A stretch of 64,000 nt of DNA from Octopus vulgaris (GCA_951406725.2 OX597824.1:81530001-81594000); one strand, 5' to 3'. Counted from the first letter of the stretch, positions 13,848 to 29,278 are shown. Translations and numbers: made by a program. The notes: generated from the letters alone by a model not told the origin.

Positions 13848-14040
13848 TCAGGAAGCACCGTTAACACGCGGGACAAAATGGTTAGCAGCATTTCCTTCAT
13901 CTTTCCATTTTAAGTTCAAATTCCGCCTTTCATCCTTTCGGGGTCGATAAAATAAGTGTCAGTTGAAGATTTGGGTCTATGTAATAGGCTTACACCCACC
14001 CCGAAATTGCTGGCCTTGTGTCATAATTTGAAACTAATAC
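13848..14040 (+). mobile_element. SINE C, old copy with tail C2
   Basis: GTTCAAATTCCGCCTTTCATCCTTTCGGGGTCGATAAAATAAGT...GGCCTTGTG. Confidence 0.7.
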
Positions 14041-14266
14041 ATTTTATATCACGTTTGAAGCCAAATATTTAATATCATATTTTGTCAAAAACGTATCTGC
14101 CAAAAGTGTCTCAGTCTAATGGCTTCTAACAGGTCAATCCCTGATTTACTGGATTTATGACAGCTGAAGGACGACGAGATTTTACAAGAACTCCAGACGA
14201 ACAAATACTACAGAAGATATTGGTTATTATTATTATTATTATTGCAACCATCAGGCATTTTGTCGA

Positions 14267-14576
14267 TGTTGTTGTTTGTTCCTTCTCGAGCCATGCCTGG
14301 CTCATAAGGGCCGGTTTCCCGGTTTCTTGGCGTATAGGCCCCCTCCCTAGACGGGATGCCGGTCCATCGCAGGTGAGCTGCAAGATGCGGGAGGAAAAAG
14401 TGAGAGAAAGTTGTGGCGAAAGAGTCATCAGAAGTGCGCCATTACCTTCTGCCGGAGCCGCGTGGAGCTTAGGTGTTTTTGTTCATAAACAACACACATC
14501 GTCCGGTCTGAGATTCAAACCCGTGTACCCTCGACTGCGAGTCCGCTGCTCTAACAACTAGGCCATGTGCCTCCAC
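14267..14576 (-). mobile_element. SINE A-related head/body with tail type 2
   Basis: Head GTGGAGGCACATGGCCTAG, body CACCTAAGCTCCACGCGGCTCCGGCAG as in A, different tail ending in (AAC)n. Confidence 0.85.
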
Positions 14577-15045
14577 TTTGTCCATATTATCTCACCGTTG
14601 CTTACAATTTATACATCGGTGAAAGGAATTTGTAAGATAATTAATTTGACATAATTAGCTGTGAGACACTTTAATGCACTTATCATCTCCCGGTCATTAG
14701 ATGACAAAGATGCGAGGTCATTATCGTAATGCTGATGTCTAGGAAAGCTTTGATTTTTCTATAAACTACAAAAAGAAGCAAGAAATATTAAACCTTTAAA
14801 GGTTCATCGATTGCTGTTGTTTACAACGTCAAAGAGCTAATTTTTACAGGGTGACGCAGTTATATTCTAGATTTTCCTTTAATTTCAATGCAACACCTAC
14901 TTTGACAATCTACTTATACTATGCATAAATCTTTAATTGCTTTTGATTAATCGTATTAAAGCGATATAAAGGTATATGCCTTCCTCACTACAGTCTCTCC
15001 TCAGAAAAAGTGATGCACACCTTAATAATATACTAAATTTATTAA

Positions 15046-15273
15046 AGTCGAGCTGGCAGAAACGTTAGCGCGCCGGGCGAAATGCTTAGCGGTATTTCGT
15101 CTGGCATTACATTCTGAGTTCAAATTCCGCCGAGGTCGACTTTGCCTTTCATCCTTACGGGATCGATAAATTAAGTACCAGTTACGCACTGTGGTCAATG
15201 TAATCGACTTAATCTGTTTGTCTGTCCCTGTTTGTCCCCTCTGTGTTTAGCTCCTTGTGTGCAATAAAGAAAT
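15046..15273 (+). mobile_element. SINE C with tail C1
   Basis: B-box-like AGTTCAAATTCC; 18-bp TSD ATATACTAAATTTATTAA (15028-15045/15274-15291). Confidence 0.9.
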
Positions 15274-16015
15274 ATATACTAAATTTATTAAGTCTTAAAT
15301 AAAAAGATGATACATGTTGGAACGACTTTGATGACGTAAAACATTATCGACGCGTCCAGCATTTACGACCAGCATTTATATACATTTATGTTCAAAAGCT
15401 GTATAAAAATTTATACATCTCTCAAAATGCAATTGGAAAATCGGGGGTCAGGTTTCTAAAATCTAATCAATAACGTCGACCATAATTGAGAAAGAGTTCT
15501 ATGTTCAATGAATCAGAAAAATTCAGTGTTCGTTTAAGTAAAATATTTTTGATTTTAGGGGAATCACTGTTAAGCGTGAACGACAGATCAAAATATTTCC
15601 AAGTTGCCATCACTGGAAAATATTTTTCTCTGCCAGGTAACAGAGATCTGAGAGTTCAAGCTTTATTGATTCAAATCGATAAACATCAGATGCAGCAAGC
15701 ATCAAAAAGTCCGTTATTGTTGAGGTCCCGAAAGGCAGGTTATGTCGTCTCTCTTACAGCGTACAAGTTGACTCAAATATAAGTTTGGCTGACATATTTT
15801 GCAGCGTGTCCAGTTTAGAGCGCTAAGATTTAGGCATGCTATTAATGGTGGGTGCACATGCTTCATTTTACATACATTACTTGACTAATGACTCGTACAT
15901 GTTATGTGTGAAACACTGTTTATCAGTGTAATGAAATATCTGATGATTTCATATAATACGGGTACAGATTACACACATAACAAATACACATACATATACA
16001 TTTATGCATATGCGT

Positions 16016-16057
<42 letters not shown>

Positions 16058-16126
16058 GTAATTGTTACTAAACGTGACTAGGTAAAACCTGTTGTTTATA
16101 TCAGCCCTATATATTTCGTTTATATA

Positions 16127-16240
<114 letters not shown>

Positions 16241-16404
16241 CATATATATACATATATATATATATACATATATATCGATAGAAATGGTAAAACAATAAAG
16301 ATCATGAAAGAGACCTCGATATTAGGAAAATAGAGGAATTTATCTGTAAATATAGTACGTTTTATATATATATATATATGCAAATATAGTATGTTATATA
16401 TATA

Positions 16405-16610
16405 CCGTAATCCCTCCACTATCGCGGGTGAACATCTGCAATGTAGAAAAGGTACAGTACTGTATGTAGTTTTTTTTTAATCATTTTTATAATTTCTACA
16501 TATTTGTTCTATTCTAAATGCAAAGAAACACCACGGAGGAATCGAGGTAAACTTAAATAATAAACCGCGAAATGTGAACCGCGAAATGTGGATATGCCGG
16601 GGGATTACTG
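16405..16610. mobile_element. pogo/Tigger-type MITE
   Basis: TA|CCGTAATCCC...GGGATTACTG|TA termini with subterminal TCGCGG/CCGCGA motifs. Confidence 0.65.
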
Positions 16611-16712
<102 letters not shown>

Positions 16713-17299
16713 CCGTGAGACCATACTTACATGCATGATTAAATTTACGTAACTTGCGACATATGTACCGGGGAATACATACTAAATTGTATTCTCCAAA
16801 TTTACGTCAAAGGGAATTCTTAATATGAGAGAAAATCCCGGTGGACGTATATTCGAGTACTTTCTTTCATATATATATATATTGCGTTCCTTACCACACA
16901 CTGCGTGGGTCTGTATGCGTTCGCATTCATGTGAACCTATCTATCTATCTATATATATATATATATATATATGTGTTTGTCCCCTCTATGTTTAGCCCCT
17001 TGTGGGTAATAAAGAAACATATATATATATATTTACATTTATCTATTTATCTATCTGCCTCTCTGTCACTCTCTCTCTCTCTCTCTCTCTCTCTTTTATA
17101 TATATATATATATATATATATTTACATACATATACATATATAGGCATGGAGATGCCTATATAAGTATATATATATATACATATATTTGTCTGTGTGCGGG
17201 TGTGTCTCTGTGTCTGCGTATATACGCACGTGTGTGTGTGTGTGTGCGTGCGTATGTATATGTGAGTCCGTGTGCGCGCAAATGCCTGTTAATATACAT

Positions 17300-17346
<47 letters not shown>

Positions 17347-17459
17347 ATAATATAAGATAAGGTATTGCTATATATATATATACAGAGAGAGAGACAAGCG
17401 ATGTACACTTATATGTGAAATATATATATACAGACAATTATGCAGATACATGCATAAAC

Positions 17460-17522
<63 letters not shown>

Positions 17523-17927
17523 ATATGGTTACTTAATTATAAAAAACGTACAACTCTTGTTTATGTGTCTAACTTGGTGTAATTAAGGAAGCTTCTCGTT
17601 AACTGACTTAGCCCCGTCATCGTGATGAGGGTACCCAGTTTACCGGTAATAAACCTTAATTAAAGGTAAATAATTATGTCGCCAACTCTGCGAGTAATCC
17701 CATGATTAGTTAAAGAAACTCTTCGGAAGAGGGGAATCTGCCGATGCCAATACGCAAAACAATATTTATTTAACAATGTATAAATATACATGCATCCATA
17801 CATGCATGCATAATGTATATATATATATGTGTGTGTGTGCGTGTGTGTGTGTGTGTGTTTGTGCGTGTGTGCGCGTTTGTGTGTGTGTATGAATGAGATT
17901 GTGTTTGCGTGTGTATAGGCATGTACG

Positions 17928-17995
<68 letters not shown>

Positions 17996-18808
17996 TATAT
18001 ATATGTATATATATACGTATATGTATATATGTATATGTATATATAAATATATAGATAGATAGATGCAGAGAGTGAGAGAGAAAGAGAGAGAAGAGCAGTG
18101 TCTTTGTATGCATGCATATATATGTATATATTTATACATGTGTGCGTGTATGTATGTATGCATGTATAAGTGTATTTGTATGTATTTATATACATGCTTA
18201 TATGTATTTATATATGATGTGTTTATATACACAGACACACACACACACACACACACATATATGTATATGCATATATAATGTATATGGAAATATAAAGATA
18301 GATAGAGAGAGATACACTTCTATTCATAGTGCCTATTCCATACGCGCACGTAATGAGAAAGCTAGGCGAAAAAAAAACATGTCTCGTTAGACTTGAGTCC
18401 CAATAAAGTACACATGCACTCAAAAATACTTGCATGCAGACTCATACACCGGCATGCACACGTACCATGCCATTCACAGCGAGATATGCACACACATGCA
18501 GTATTTCGGTAGAGAGGTAAAATGAGAGAAAGGAAAAGAGGGAAGAAGTGGGTTGTGAATGTTTTTGTACACCTGTGTGACAGAGGCAGAATGTTTGTTC
18601 ATTGTAGTGAGTGGGAGCGAGGTTAAGAGAGACAGAGACTGTGTGAAAAAGTAGGAAGATAGGTGTGTGTGTGTGTGTGAGTGTGTGTGAGAGTTTATAT
18701 ATACATATATATGCGTGTGTGTGTTGTGTAGGTAAATATATATATATATATGTGTGTGTGTGTGTATATATATATATATGTATATACGCACACATATATA
18801 TACATATA

Positions 18809-18906
<98 letters not shown>

Positions 18907-19011
18907 TCATATAAACATATGTATAGACACACATATATGTAGATAGATAGATAGATTGATAAACAGATAGTCTGATAACGATATTCATATATATATACAT
19001 ATATATATATT

Positions 19012-19057
<46 letters not shown>

Positions 19058-19152
19058 GAGAGAGAGAGAGAGACACACACACAGATTCACAGAGTGAGAG
19101 ATAGTGGTGCAGACAGATATTCATGAAGACAAATTGGAAAGCAGATAGTGCA

Positions 19153-19205
<53 letters not shown>

Positions 19206-20064
19206 GATGCATATGCAATTACACGAACACTATGTAATTACTTTTATCTGTTGCCCTTCTTAAGCAAAAATAAATAAATTTAGAGGAAGATAAAAACATA
19301 ACAAACATAAAAGAAAAAAAAATATATATATATATATAAATAATACACAAAATAGAAAGTAAAATAAATTTAATAAAACATTTACGCAATAAAACAAAAC
19401 AAAAAAAAAAAAAATACCAATCATTTTACATTACTAAATTCTGAAATTAATTGAAATTGTTTGAGACTGAAAGAAGCAGAGAATTAATGTAATAAATGGT
19501 ATTTCTCAGGAATAATTATAAGCAAATATAGCAATTATAGAAAATTTGCAGAGCATTTAAAATTCATGTCAGGATTTGTCAAAAGTTTACTGAAATTATT
19601 ATAAAAGACTGTTAATAGTTTAATTGTGAGCGAATGTTTTAGTCGTTCGCTTGGAACTATACAACGTGAAATATTTCAATATGGCGTTTAGTCGGCGCTC
19701 TCGTATCAGTATTATTACCTTCCCCAGACTGGAACCGCTCTCATATTTTCTATTAACGAAAATTCCATTGCAACCCACGATTTATCAAAAGTTTGCCAAA
19801 ATTATAAAACACATTTAATCATTTACGTGTGAATACTTTAATTTTATTATGTTTAAATGATGAATATATAGAGAAAAAAAAACGGGGAGAACAAAGAAAA
19901 ATAAGCGATTTACTTATTGGGATTTTTTTTTCAGCAAAACTTTAATGGGTATGTCGAACATTTGATATAATAAATTAGATTTTTTTCTTATACGCATACA
20001 TAGACACACATATAAATAAATATATATATATGCATACACATGCACGCATGCTCATATAGGTATA

Positions 20065-20121
<57 letters not shown>

Positions 20122-20365
20122 TTATGCACACATATGTGTATGCACATATAAGTATGTATAGATATATATAATTTCATTTCTATATATTAATGCCATTATG
20201 GCGCAACCGACTACTGGCGAACATTCGAAATCATTGTCTTTAAAGTAATTAATTATTTTAATCTACACATTTAGTGAATCTTTTCTGCTGTTGATCTTTA
20301 GAGTTTGTACATCTACAAATCATCCTTTGAATATGTATCTATCTTTCTATACATCCATCTATCTA

Positions 20366-20486
<121 letters not shown>

Positions 20487-20505
20487 ATCTATCTATATCT
20501 ATCTA

Positions 20506-20537
<32 letters not shown>

Positions 20538-20547
20538 CCCCATCTCT

Positions 20548-20615
<68 letters not shown>

Positions 20616-20789
20616 TCTTTTATTTTTTATATGTTTCAGTTATTTTAGCTGTGGCTATACTGGAGCTCACCTTTTAATCGGAGAAATCGAACTCTGAAGT
20701 TATTCTTTGTAATCCTAGTACTTATATTTTGCATAGGTATTGCGTACGGCTTTGAGTCGTTCGATTTTAGCAGCTACTTTCCGTCACAA

Positions 20790-20995
20790 GCAAGCGTGAG
20801 CTAGTGTCAACAATAATTCCAGGAATTCCGAGCCTGAAACTGCAGCCAAGAAGATGTGCCTCGTCCTCGAATGTCTATATAGATCAACGAGAACATCTTC
20901 CAAACCGTAGTGGAACAGAATCCCATCGTAACTGTTCAGGAAGTAGCAGAGAAGCTTGGATTTGGTGATTCAACTATTCATTGACACGTGCGTGT
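20790..20995 (+). pseudogene. Mariner transposase N-terminal (HTH) remnant
   Basis: Reads ...VEQNPIVTVQEVAEKLGFGDSTIH; same family as 31700-32010. Confidence 0.7.
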
Positions 20996-20996
20996 C

Positions 20997-21088
20997 ATGC
21001 TAGCTTTGGTTGGATGGTACAACAAAAGCCGGCCAATATATATATATATTGGCCGGCTTTTGTGGTACCGTCCAACCAATGCTTGCAT
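20997..21088. repeat. Near-perfect palindrome centred on (AT)n
   Basis: TTGGTTGGATGGTACAACAAAAGCCGGCCAAT / ATTGGCCGGCTTTTGTGGTACCGTCCAACCAA, 2 mismatches. Confidence 0.9.
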
Positions 21089-21144
21089 AGAATACGGACG
21101 TTAAAAGGTGATGATTTTATGTACATATATATATATATATATAT

Positions 21145-21350
21145 AAAGTTAATCCAATCATGAAAACAAAAAAACAACAACGCAAGTACGTGGAACAAAT
21201 AAAGTATTATTGGACGCTCAGGAAAGAAGGGAAGAAGGAGGGTTCGACGTTTCGAGCGGAGCTCTTCGTCGGAAACATAGGAGAAGGAAAGATCCCGAGA
21301 AGGGAAGACAGGGCAAAAAAATCGCTAGTGATACAGACGAGGTCATGCGA
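21145..21350 (-). mobile_element. Penelope-like terminal fragment with minimal hammerhead-like motif
   Basis: Minus 21276-21242: GTTT-CCGACGA-A-GAGC-TCC-GCTC-GAAA-CG-TC-GAAC; abuts (TA)n. Confidence 0.55.
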
Positions 21351-21868
21351 TCCTTTGTCACTGTTGTATCTGTCTTTTGACGATAGCTGTCTGTCCGACA
21401 GATATTGTTATATTCGGAAGTCGTCGACAGAATATTTTTATCTGGCACTGTACAACCCCCAATCGTACAGTGTTATTATCCTCAAAAGTTTGGATCGATA
21501 TAACGTCTACTCAGTATCACAGTGTAACTACTATATCAGAACAGACATGACTATCAACACAATCTACACATACTCTCCACCTTCTCGACCTTCTGAACTT
21601 CTTCTCTGTCGACCGCCCAATTGGTCTATTTATAATGGCTGGCTGCTACCACTTTTTATTGGGAGGGTATAGATTTTCACTATTCAACACATACATACGT
21701 CTATATTCTTGCATTTTCGTGCAGGTTGACATATCTATTTGCAAGAAAGAGAACATAATCCGACAGTTGAAATATCGTTTAACTAATAAAAATATCCTAC
21801 AATCGAATTGCGCTCTTCGTCTTGACTGTTTTACCTTTGTGAAGAGTTACGTCAATCCTTTTTTAAAA

Positions 21869-21912
<44 letters not shown>

Positions 21913-21933
21913 TTTTTAGTAGAAGTAGTAGTG

Positions 21934-21999
<66 letters not shown>

Positions 22000-22000
22000 T

Positions 22001-22558
22001 TGAGTGAGAGAGCAGTGCATGCCATCAAAGTGACACTGGGGTAAAATATACGAAGCCCAGTATAACCATCATGACTACACGTCTGATAAGGGTACACTAG
22101 GCACATGCATCACAACCATATGTGCGCGACATAGTGATCCCGTATCAAGATAAACAGCGCATGACCTTGCAGGGGTGGGGGCCAGTTAAAATTTTCTTCT
22201 GGTCGAGTAACCAATCCCGCTCAAAAGGTCCCTGAATAAGGATTGTTTAAGGATGTGGAACGAAACACCCATGTTTCCAAACGTGAATTTTCCAAACCTC
22301 TAAGAATTCCTTTCAACACACGGCTATGATGCTCCTACGCTACTTTTGCTCGTGATCAGAGATGCACATATCGTCAGCCACTAAGGGACATGCTCAACTG
22401 GTTAAGGTCAAACAACTGACAAGCAAATCTGTGGTATTGAGCAGAATATTTGCTGCAGCCCATCTTTTATACCAAGACAGAACAATGTACATGATAACAC
22501 TTCCAATCAGTTAAGATCAGAAGCCACGAGAGCCACTGCCTGGTACTGCATCAGGGCC
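22001..22558 (-). mobile_element. Element D (unclassified ~556-bp AAT-associated repeat), copy 1
   Basis: High similarity to four other copies; (ATT)n on the right, (GTA)n then (ATT)n on the left. Confidence 0.9.
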
Positions 22559-22568
22559 TTTATTATTA

Positions 22569-22633
<65 letters not shown>

Positions 22634-23084
22634 GTTATCATCATCATCATCATCATCATCATCATTATTATTATCATTATTATTATTATTATCACTATTA
22701 TTGTTGATATTATATAACTGTTCAATATTAGGTAGAGGCAAATTTCTACTTCATCACTTGCTACACCTCCGTGTTACTGAGGTATGTGCAGCATTGTGTG
22801 TTCGTTTCTGCTGTTAAGAGTGTGCAAATTCTACTCAGTACTGTATTGTGTTAGTTTTATTTTTATCTCTTGAGGTGTGATGCAGTCTTTTGTTGTGTTA
22901 CTACCTATATTGCGTGTTGAGTGTGTAATACTTTGGTTTTCTAGCTTACTGGGTAAATGTTCTATAGAGTGTGTCTTGTATTTGTGAGTTGTTTTGTTTA
23001 TTTTGTATTGGACATTTATTATTATTATAAGTTTTATGAAAGGTGGGTGAATTGTGCGAGACTGGCCTGTATAAATGGACCAGT

Positions 23085-23385
23085 TCTCAGGTTTCGCCTG
23101 TGATTTCAAAGAAAAAGGTAATGTAAAAGGAGAAGAAAGGGGACTCTCTACACCCCCTTTTTTTTGACCAGGCTCCCGTTGGCTTTTGTAGGGTTTTTTC
23201 CACCAGGAACCTTTCGAGACGTCTCCCACTTTTGGAAGTTTTTCATTGTTGAATTGTATAAGTTGTTATAAAGATTTTTACTCGATGTTTTAAAAAAACG
23301 GCAAAACCCTTTGTAACCTTTCGTCCTGTCTTGTCCCTTTATGTAATCATGCGTGTCAGCCCTTGTGGCCAATAAAAAAGAATTG
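23085..23385 (+). mobile_element. Tx1/L1-like LINE 3' UTR remnant
   Basis: Ends TTGTCCC...AGCCCTTGTGGCCAATAAAAAAG, resembling the end of the 57508-58234 LINE. Confidence 0.5.
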
Positions 23386-23444
<59 letters not shown>

Positions 23445-23946
23445 CATCATCATCATCATCATCATCATCATATACATTATTATTACTATTAATATTATAT
23501 AAAGCTACTAATATTTCTACTGCACCGCCAAAGTATTAATAGCTTTTTTCATTGATTAATGTCTAATTATATTTTCCAGGCTGGTGTTTTAAACAGATAT
23601 TTATGATATTCTTTATTCGCACTAAACTAATATTTTGATGCAAAATCAATAACAATGAATTTCTATGAGTTCAAACTTAAAGTCTCTGTTTTATATCTTG
23701 AGTTTTTTTTTTTTTGTTTTTTTTATTTTTGTTTTATATATATTTTTTTACGAGTGGCGCAGGTGTGAGAAGATTAGTGAGATTGCTTTCCAATCATTGA
23801 GATCTTAGGTTCAGTCACACTGCGCGGTACCTTGAGCAAGTGTTTTCTTCTATGACTCACGTGATGTGTGTGTGTAGATATGCGTTTGAGTGTATGAATG
23901 CGTTTGTATGTACGTATGTATGTATGTATGTATTTATGTATGTATG

Positions 23947-24067
<121 letters not shown>

Positions 24068-24576
24068 GCAGGCATGACTGTGTGGTAGAAAGGGCTAATG
24101 TTACTGATGTTTGATTTAAGTTTAAACAAAATACATTTAAACAAACTAGACTTGGCATATATTTTCATACATTTTTAGCAGAAGGAACTTCTGTATGAAT
24201 CAAAGTAACTATCAACCTTAGATCAGTTGTTTTTTGGTACTTTATTTTAACACCTCACGATGATATCTATGTAGATATAAGTATAGATATCATAATATAT
24301 GTCAGCGATTGCGTACCTGTGTGTGTATGTGAGTGTGTGATTGCATTCTTCCGTGTGTTTTCAGGACTAAAACGCGGTGCTCCCGCATGGCCACAGTCAC
24401 ATGACTGAAACTAGTAAAAGAGTAAAGAGTAAAAGAGTATTCGTTATTTCTAGTCATACTTCTTCAACCATGCTAAGATTTATTTTCAACTCAAATAAAG
24501 AGTGCTACAACTGAATGTCCCTTTTCTAATATGAAACCGAAAGCGATGGGAAACGAGAGATGGTTATATGTACTTT

Positions 24577-24956
24577 GTAGAGGCGCAATGGCCCAGTGGT
24601 TAGGGCAGCGGACTCGCGGTCATAGGATCGCGGTTTCGATTGCCAGACCGGGCGTTGTGAGTGTTTATTGAGCGAAAACACCTAAAAAGCTCCGGCAGGG
24701 GATGGTGGCGATCCCTGCTGTACTCTTTCACCACAACTTTCTCTCACTCTTACTTCCTGTTTCTGTTGTACCTGTATTTCAAGGGGCCGGCCTTATCACT
24801 CTCTGTGTCACGCTGAATATCCCCGAGAACTACGTTAAGGGTGCACGTGTCTGTGGAGTGCTCAGCCACTTACACGTTAATTTCACGAGCAGGCTGTTCC
24901 GTTGATTCGGATCAACCGGAACCCTCATCGTCGTAACCGACGGAGTGCTTCCATCC
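24577..24956 (+). mobile_element. SINE A
   Basis: Full copy, TSD ATATGTACT, small internal deletion. Confidence 0.9.
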
Positions 24957-25268
24957 ATATGTACTATAACTGAATATATGCTTTACTCTGCTCTTTGGTG
25001 TCGTGAACTCTTGTGAGGTTTTATTCGTGACAACGAATGCGAGTTGTGATAATACGTACCAACACGAATGCATTATATAAACGGAGGCATTATATAAATA
25101 CACAGATATCGTTATAGATTTATGCAGAAGTAGATACAAGGATATATTGAGATATAGGAAAATGTATGTACAGATACACACACACGCACACACTTTCACA
25201 AGCACAAACGTATATCAGTGTCTGCATGTGTGTCAGTGTAAAGATATCAATGATAAATACTTATCAAC

Positions 25269-25305
<37 letters not shown>

Positions 25306-25492
25306 CGTGTGTGTGTGTGCATACATATATGTGTGAGTGTTGGTGTGCATGTGTGCGTTTGTATATGCATGAATGCAAATATGTACACGCACTCGCAAAC
25401 ATTTACCTATATATGCATATGTGTATTATAAATCTCTATACTTATATATATGAATACACACATGCATTTATATGCATATGTACATATGCATA

Positions 25493-25523
<31 letters not shown>

Positions 25524-25550
25524 AGATATATGTGTGTGTGTATTTTCATG

Positions 25551-25950
25551 TGTGTGTATGTTTTTGTGTGTGTATGTATGAATATACTATATATATATAT
25601 ATATATACATGCATACATACATATATATATGTGTGTATTACATATGTGCATATGCATACATATAGTCATACACTCACATGATGATGTATATGTATATATA
25701 TATGTATATGTTTTTATATATGTATATATATATATGTATCTTTACATATATATGTATATATGTGTGTATGTTTTTGTGTGTGTATGTATGCATATACTTA
25801 TATATATATATACATGCATACATATATATATGTGTGTATTACATATGTGCATACGCATACATATAGTCATACACTCACATGATGATGTATATGTCTATAT
25901 ATATGTATATGTTTTTATATATGTATATATATATATATATCTTTATATGT
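25551..25950. repeat. Tandem duplication of a ~200-bp low-complexity unit
   Basis: CATATAGTCATACACTCACATGATGATG and flanks occur twice. Confidence 0.8.
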
Positions 25951-26283
25951 GTGTATGTGTGTGTATACGAATATGTATGTTTAGCTAAAAGAGTTATACG
26001 CAACATACACCTACACAGATACACAAACATATGAACGCATATTTATATTGCTCATGGACTCATAACATACACGAATGAGTGTGTGTATATAGAAATATGA
26101 GTATATGATTATATTCATACGAATATTTATACACACACACACATACAACTATATATATATATATGTAGATATATGTATGGATTTCTTAATATATGTCAAC
26201 GATTGCGTTCCTCTGTGTGTGTGTCTGTGAGTGTGTGATTGCATTCTTACGTGTGTTTTCAGAAAGAAAATGCGTGCGTCTGC

Positions 26284-26330
<47 letters not shown>

Positions 26331-26687
26331 AGAGAGTGAGAGAGAGAAATCAGTTGTAAGATGCCCATCAGCCAAAGAGGAAAAAGCTAGTCTTGTCTTC
26401 TTCTGTAGCTGTCAAATTATCCCACTCACCCATGCTTGTATGTGTTTTAATTACACGGAACTTCCAAGTAATTCCTTCTGTCAGGCAATCCAAGTAGAGA
26501 CGTCTTTTGACCAAGCAACAATGTAGTTAAATTATGTCTAATTATGTCCGCTTCGTGTGCGAAAGCCAACAATCACGAACTAGAAGTTCCACTTACATAA
26601 GCTGATGCGCAAATATTATACATATAATAGATGCGTGTGTAAGTATATACGTGTGTGTGTGTGCCAGTGTGTGTGTGTACTTATGTC

Positions 26688-26734
<47 letters not shown>

Positions 26735-26785
26735 ATTGACAATATGTATATATATATATATATCCATATACATACATTCATAAGC

Positions 26786-26816
<31 letters not shown>

Positions 26817-27077
26817 CATATATGTTTATATATATGTATATATTTATATAAATAGATAGATATACATCGAATATGTATATATATATATATATATATATGT
26901 ATACATATACATATATACACATATACATGTACATATATATACATATATATATATAACTATACACATATATACACATTCACATATATACATATATATACAT
27001 ACAAATACACAAAAACATATATATATATTTATATACATATATATAAAAATATACACATATATACATGTACATACATA

Positions 27078-27175
<98 letters not shown>

Positions 27176-28815
27176 CAAACACATGCATACATTCATCCAT
27201 TTATTCATATAACTATAGTTATATATATATATATAGTTATACATCTGTGTATGTACTTAGTTTCCATGTAATTTGGTGAAAGCATCATTTTATCAACCAA
27301 AACACAAAGTGGCAGTACTTAAACAGTTCACTCTAGTTTCACTTTGAATGCTAATTTGTCCTGAATTTTCATCCCACCACCGTGACCTTTGAAATGATTT
27401 CAATTTTTCCGACTGGTTTTCTTTCTGTGTTATGTTCTCATGCATCTTATATATGTTTTCATGTACATGAGTTCGTTGTCGTGTTACTGTTTAACTTTCA
27501 TTGCGTTCGTTTCTTAATTTATATTGTCATTTTCTTTTAAAATTCTTGGTTGGTGTCAGCATAAAAACCACGGTGTATGTGTCTGTATGATTGTATTTTG
27601 TGTGTGTCATTTTCTAGTTAGCCGTGTGTGTTTGTATGATTGGGTGAGCTGTTCATAAGAACTTATCTTTAGGGTTTGTCTATGTATATGTGATTTGTGA
27701 TTGTGTATGTCTGAATATAGTAGACGTAATAATTTTGTCCTCGTTGTTTTTGTTATGGTGGCCTTTCGGTTGTTTTCAAACGAGTTTCTTACTCCACTAA
27801 TGTTTGTTTTTCTTTTGAGTGTTACTCGTAAATCACAATATGCTTTATTTATGCATTCTACCTCTGCCGTAACTCTGAGGGAAAGACAGATCATTTAGAT
27901 GTGCACAAGGCCTGAAATATTTTGGGAGGGGGCCAGTCGATTACATCAGCATTTCGTTTCTCTTTCACAATACACTAACCTGTCTTCGGAAATGTGCCTC
28001 AATGGATTTTTGCTGTATTGTTCCGATGTACTTTCCTGTTTAACATCACAACACTTTTCGTTGTTTCATCATAACTTCTTGACTTCTCACTCTACTATAT
28101 CTGCCATTTTGGTCCATCGTTTCCTTCCCCTACTAAACCAAACCATCTCTAATTCAGATTCTTTCTTTACCATTTTCTCACTCTCGGACAAAGTACCAAG
28201 CTTATGAAGCATTACATTTTACTATTTTCACAGCAAATAAACATCACTGATCACCCAAATTTAATTGATTTGTGTCAACAGAGACCAACATCAGTTATTT
28301 GGAATTCCGAATCGTAACCTGTATTAATATTGTATTAATATGATTTAATTAAAACCTAAAAAGAATGCGTCATAAAATTTTGAGCAAAATGCTATTCGTT
28401 AAAATGACAAAGTGTGTAGTCACCACATTAAACACCGCAAAATGGCGAAACACTAAAAAATATGTCTTTAGTTGCTTCGGAAGAGATTTTTCATGATTGT
28501 GGAAATTTAAATTTATTGCCAGTTGCTGGAATTCCAAACAAGCACATTATTTTCTTGAAAAACGTGATGGATTAGGTGCTAAAAACAGAAAACTTGACTG
28601 TTCTCATAGTGTTAATGACTCCTGGCTGGGTCTCTTTATGCAGAAATATTTTCCATATTTCTACTCAATGCCAAAAGTACAATGCTACTAATGTGGACGA
28701 TGGCGAAAAGGATAGAAGGAATGATAAAATGAGGAGAAATGGTTTAGAAGGCTTTAGTGCAGAAAACACATCAATTAGAATTCTGCATAAAATACCATGA
28801 AAATTTTATGAACAT

Positions 28816-28978
28816 AGACGCAGGAGTGGCTGAGTGATAAGTGTAGCTTGGTTACCAACCACATGATTCTGGGTTCAGTCCCACTGCGTGGCACCTTGAA
28901 CAAGTGTCTTCTACTATAGCCTCGGACCGACCAAAGCTTTGTGAGTGGATTTGGTAGACGGAAACTGAAAGAAGCCCG

Positions 28979-29061
<83 letters not shown>

Positions 29062-29278
29062 TGTGTGTGTGTGTATTTGTCCCCCAGCACCGCTTAACAA
29101 CGGATGCTGGTACATTTGCGTCCCCATAACTTAGTGGATCGGCAAAAGAGACCGATAGAATAAGTACTAGGCTTACAAAAATAATTCCTGGGTTCGATTT
29201 CCTCGACTAAAGGCGGTACTCCTGCATGGCCGCAATAAAATGACTGAAGCAAATAAAAGAATATAAGAGTAAAAGAAT
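28816..29278 (+). mobile_element. SINE B
   Basis: Full copy with expanded internal (TA)n(TG)n. Confidence 0.87.

Noticed and set aside
21160-21672. 170-aa ORF as a host gene
   Set aside because: Begins antisense within a Penelope-like terminal fragment, runs into unassigned sequence, no recognisable domain.
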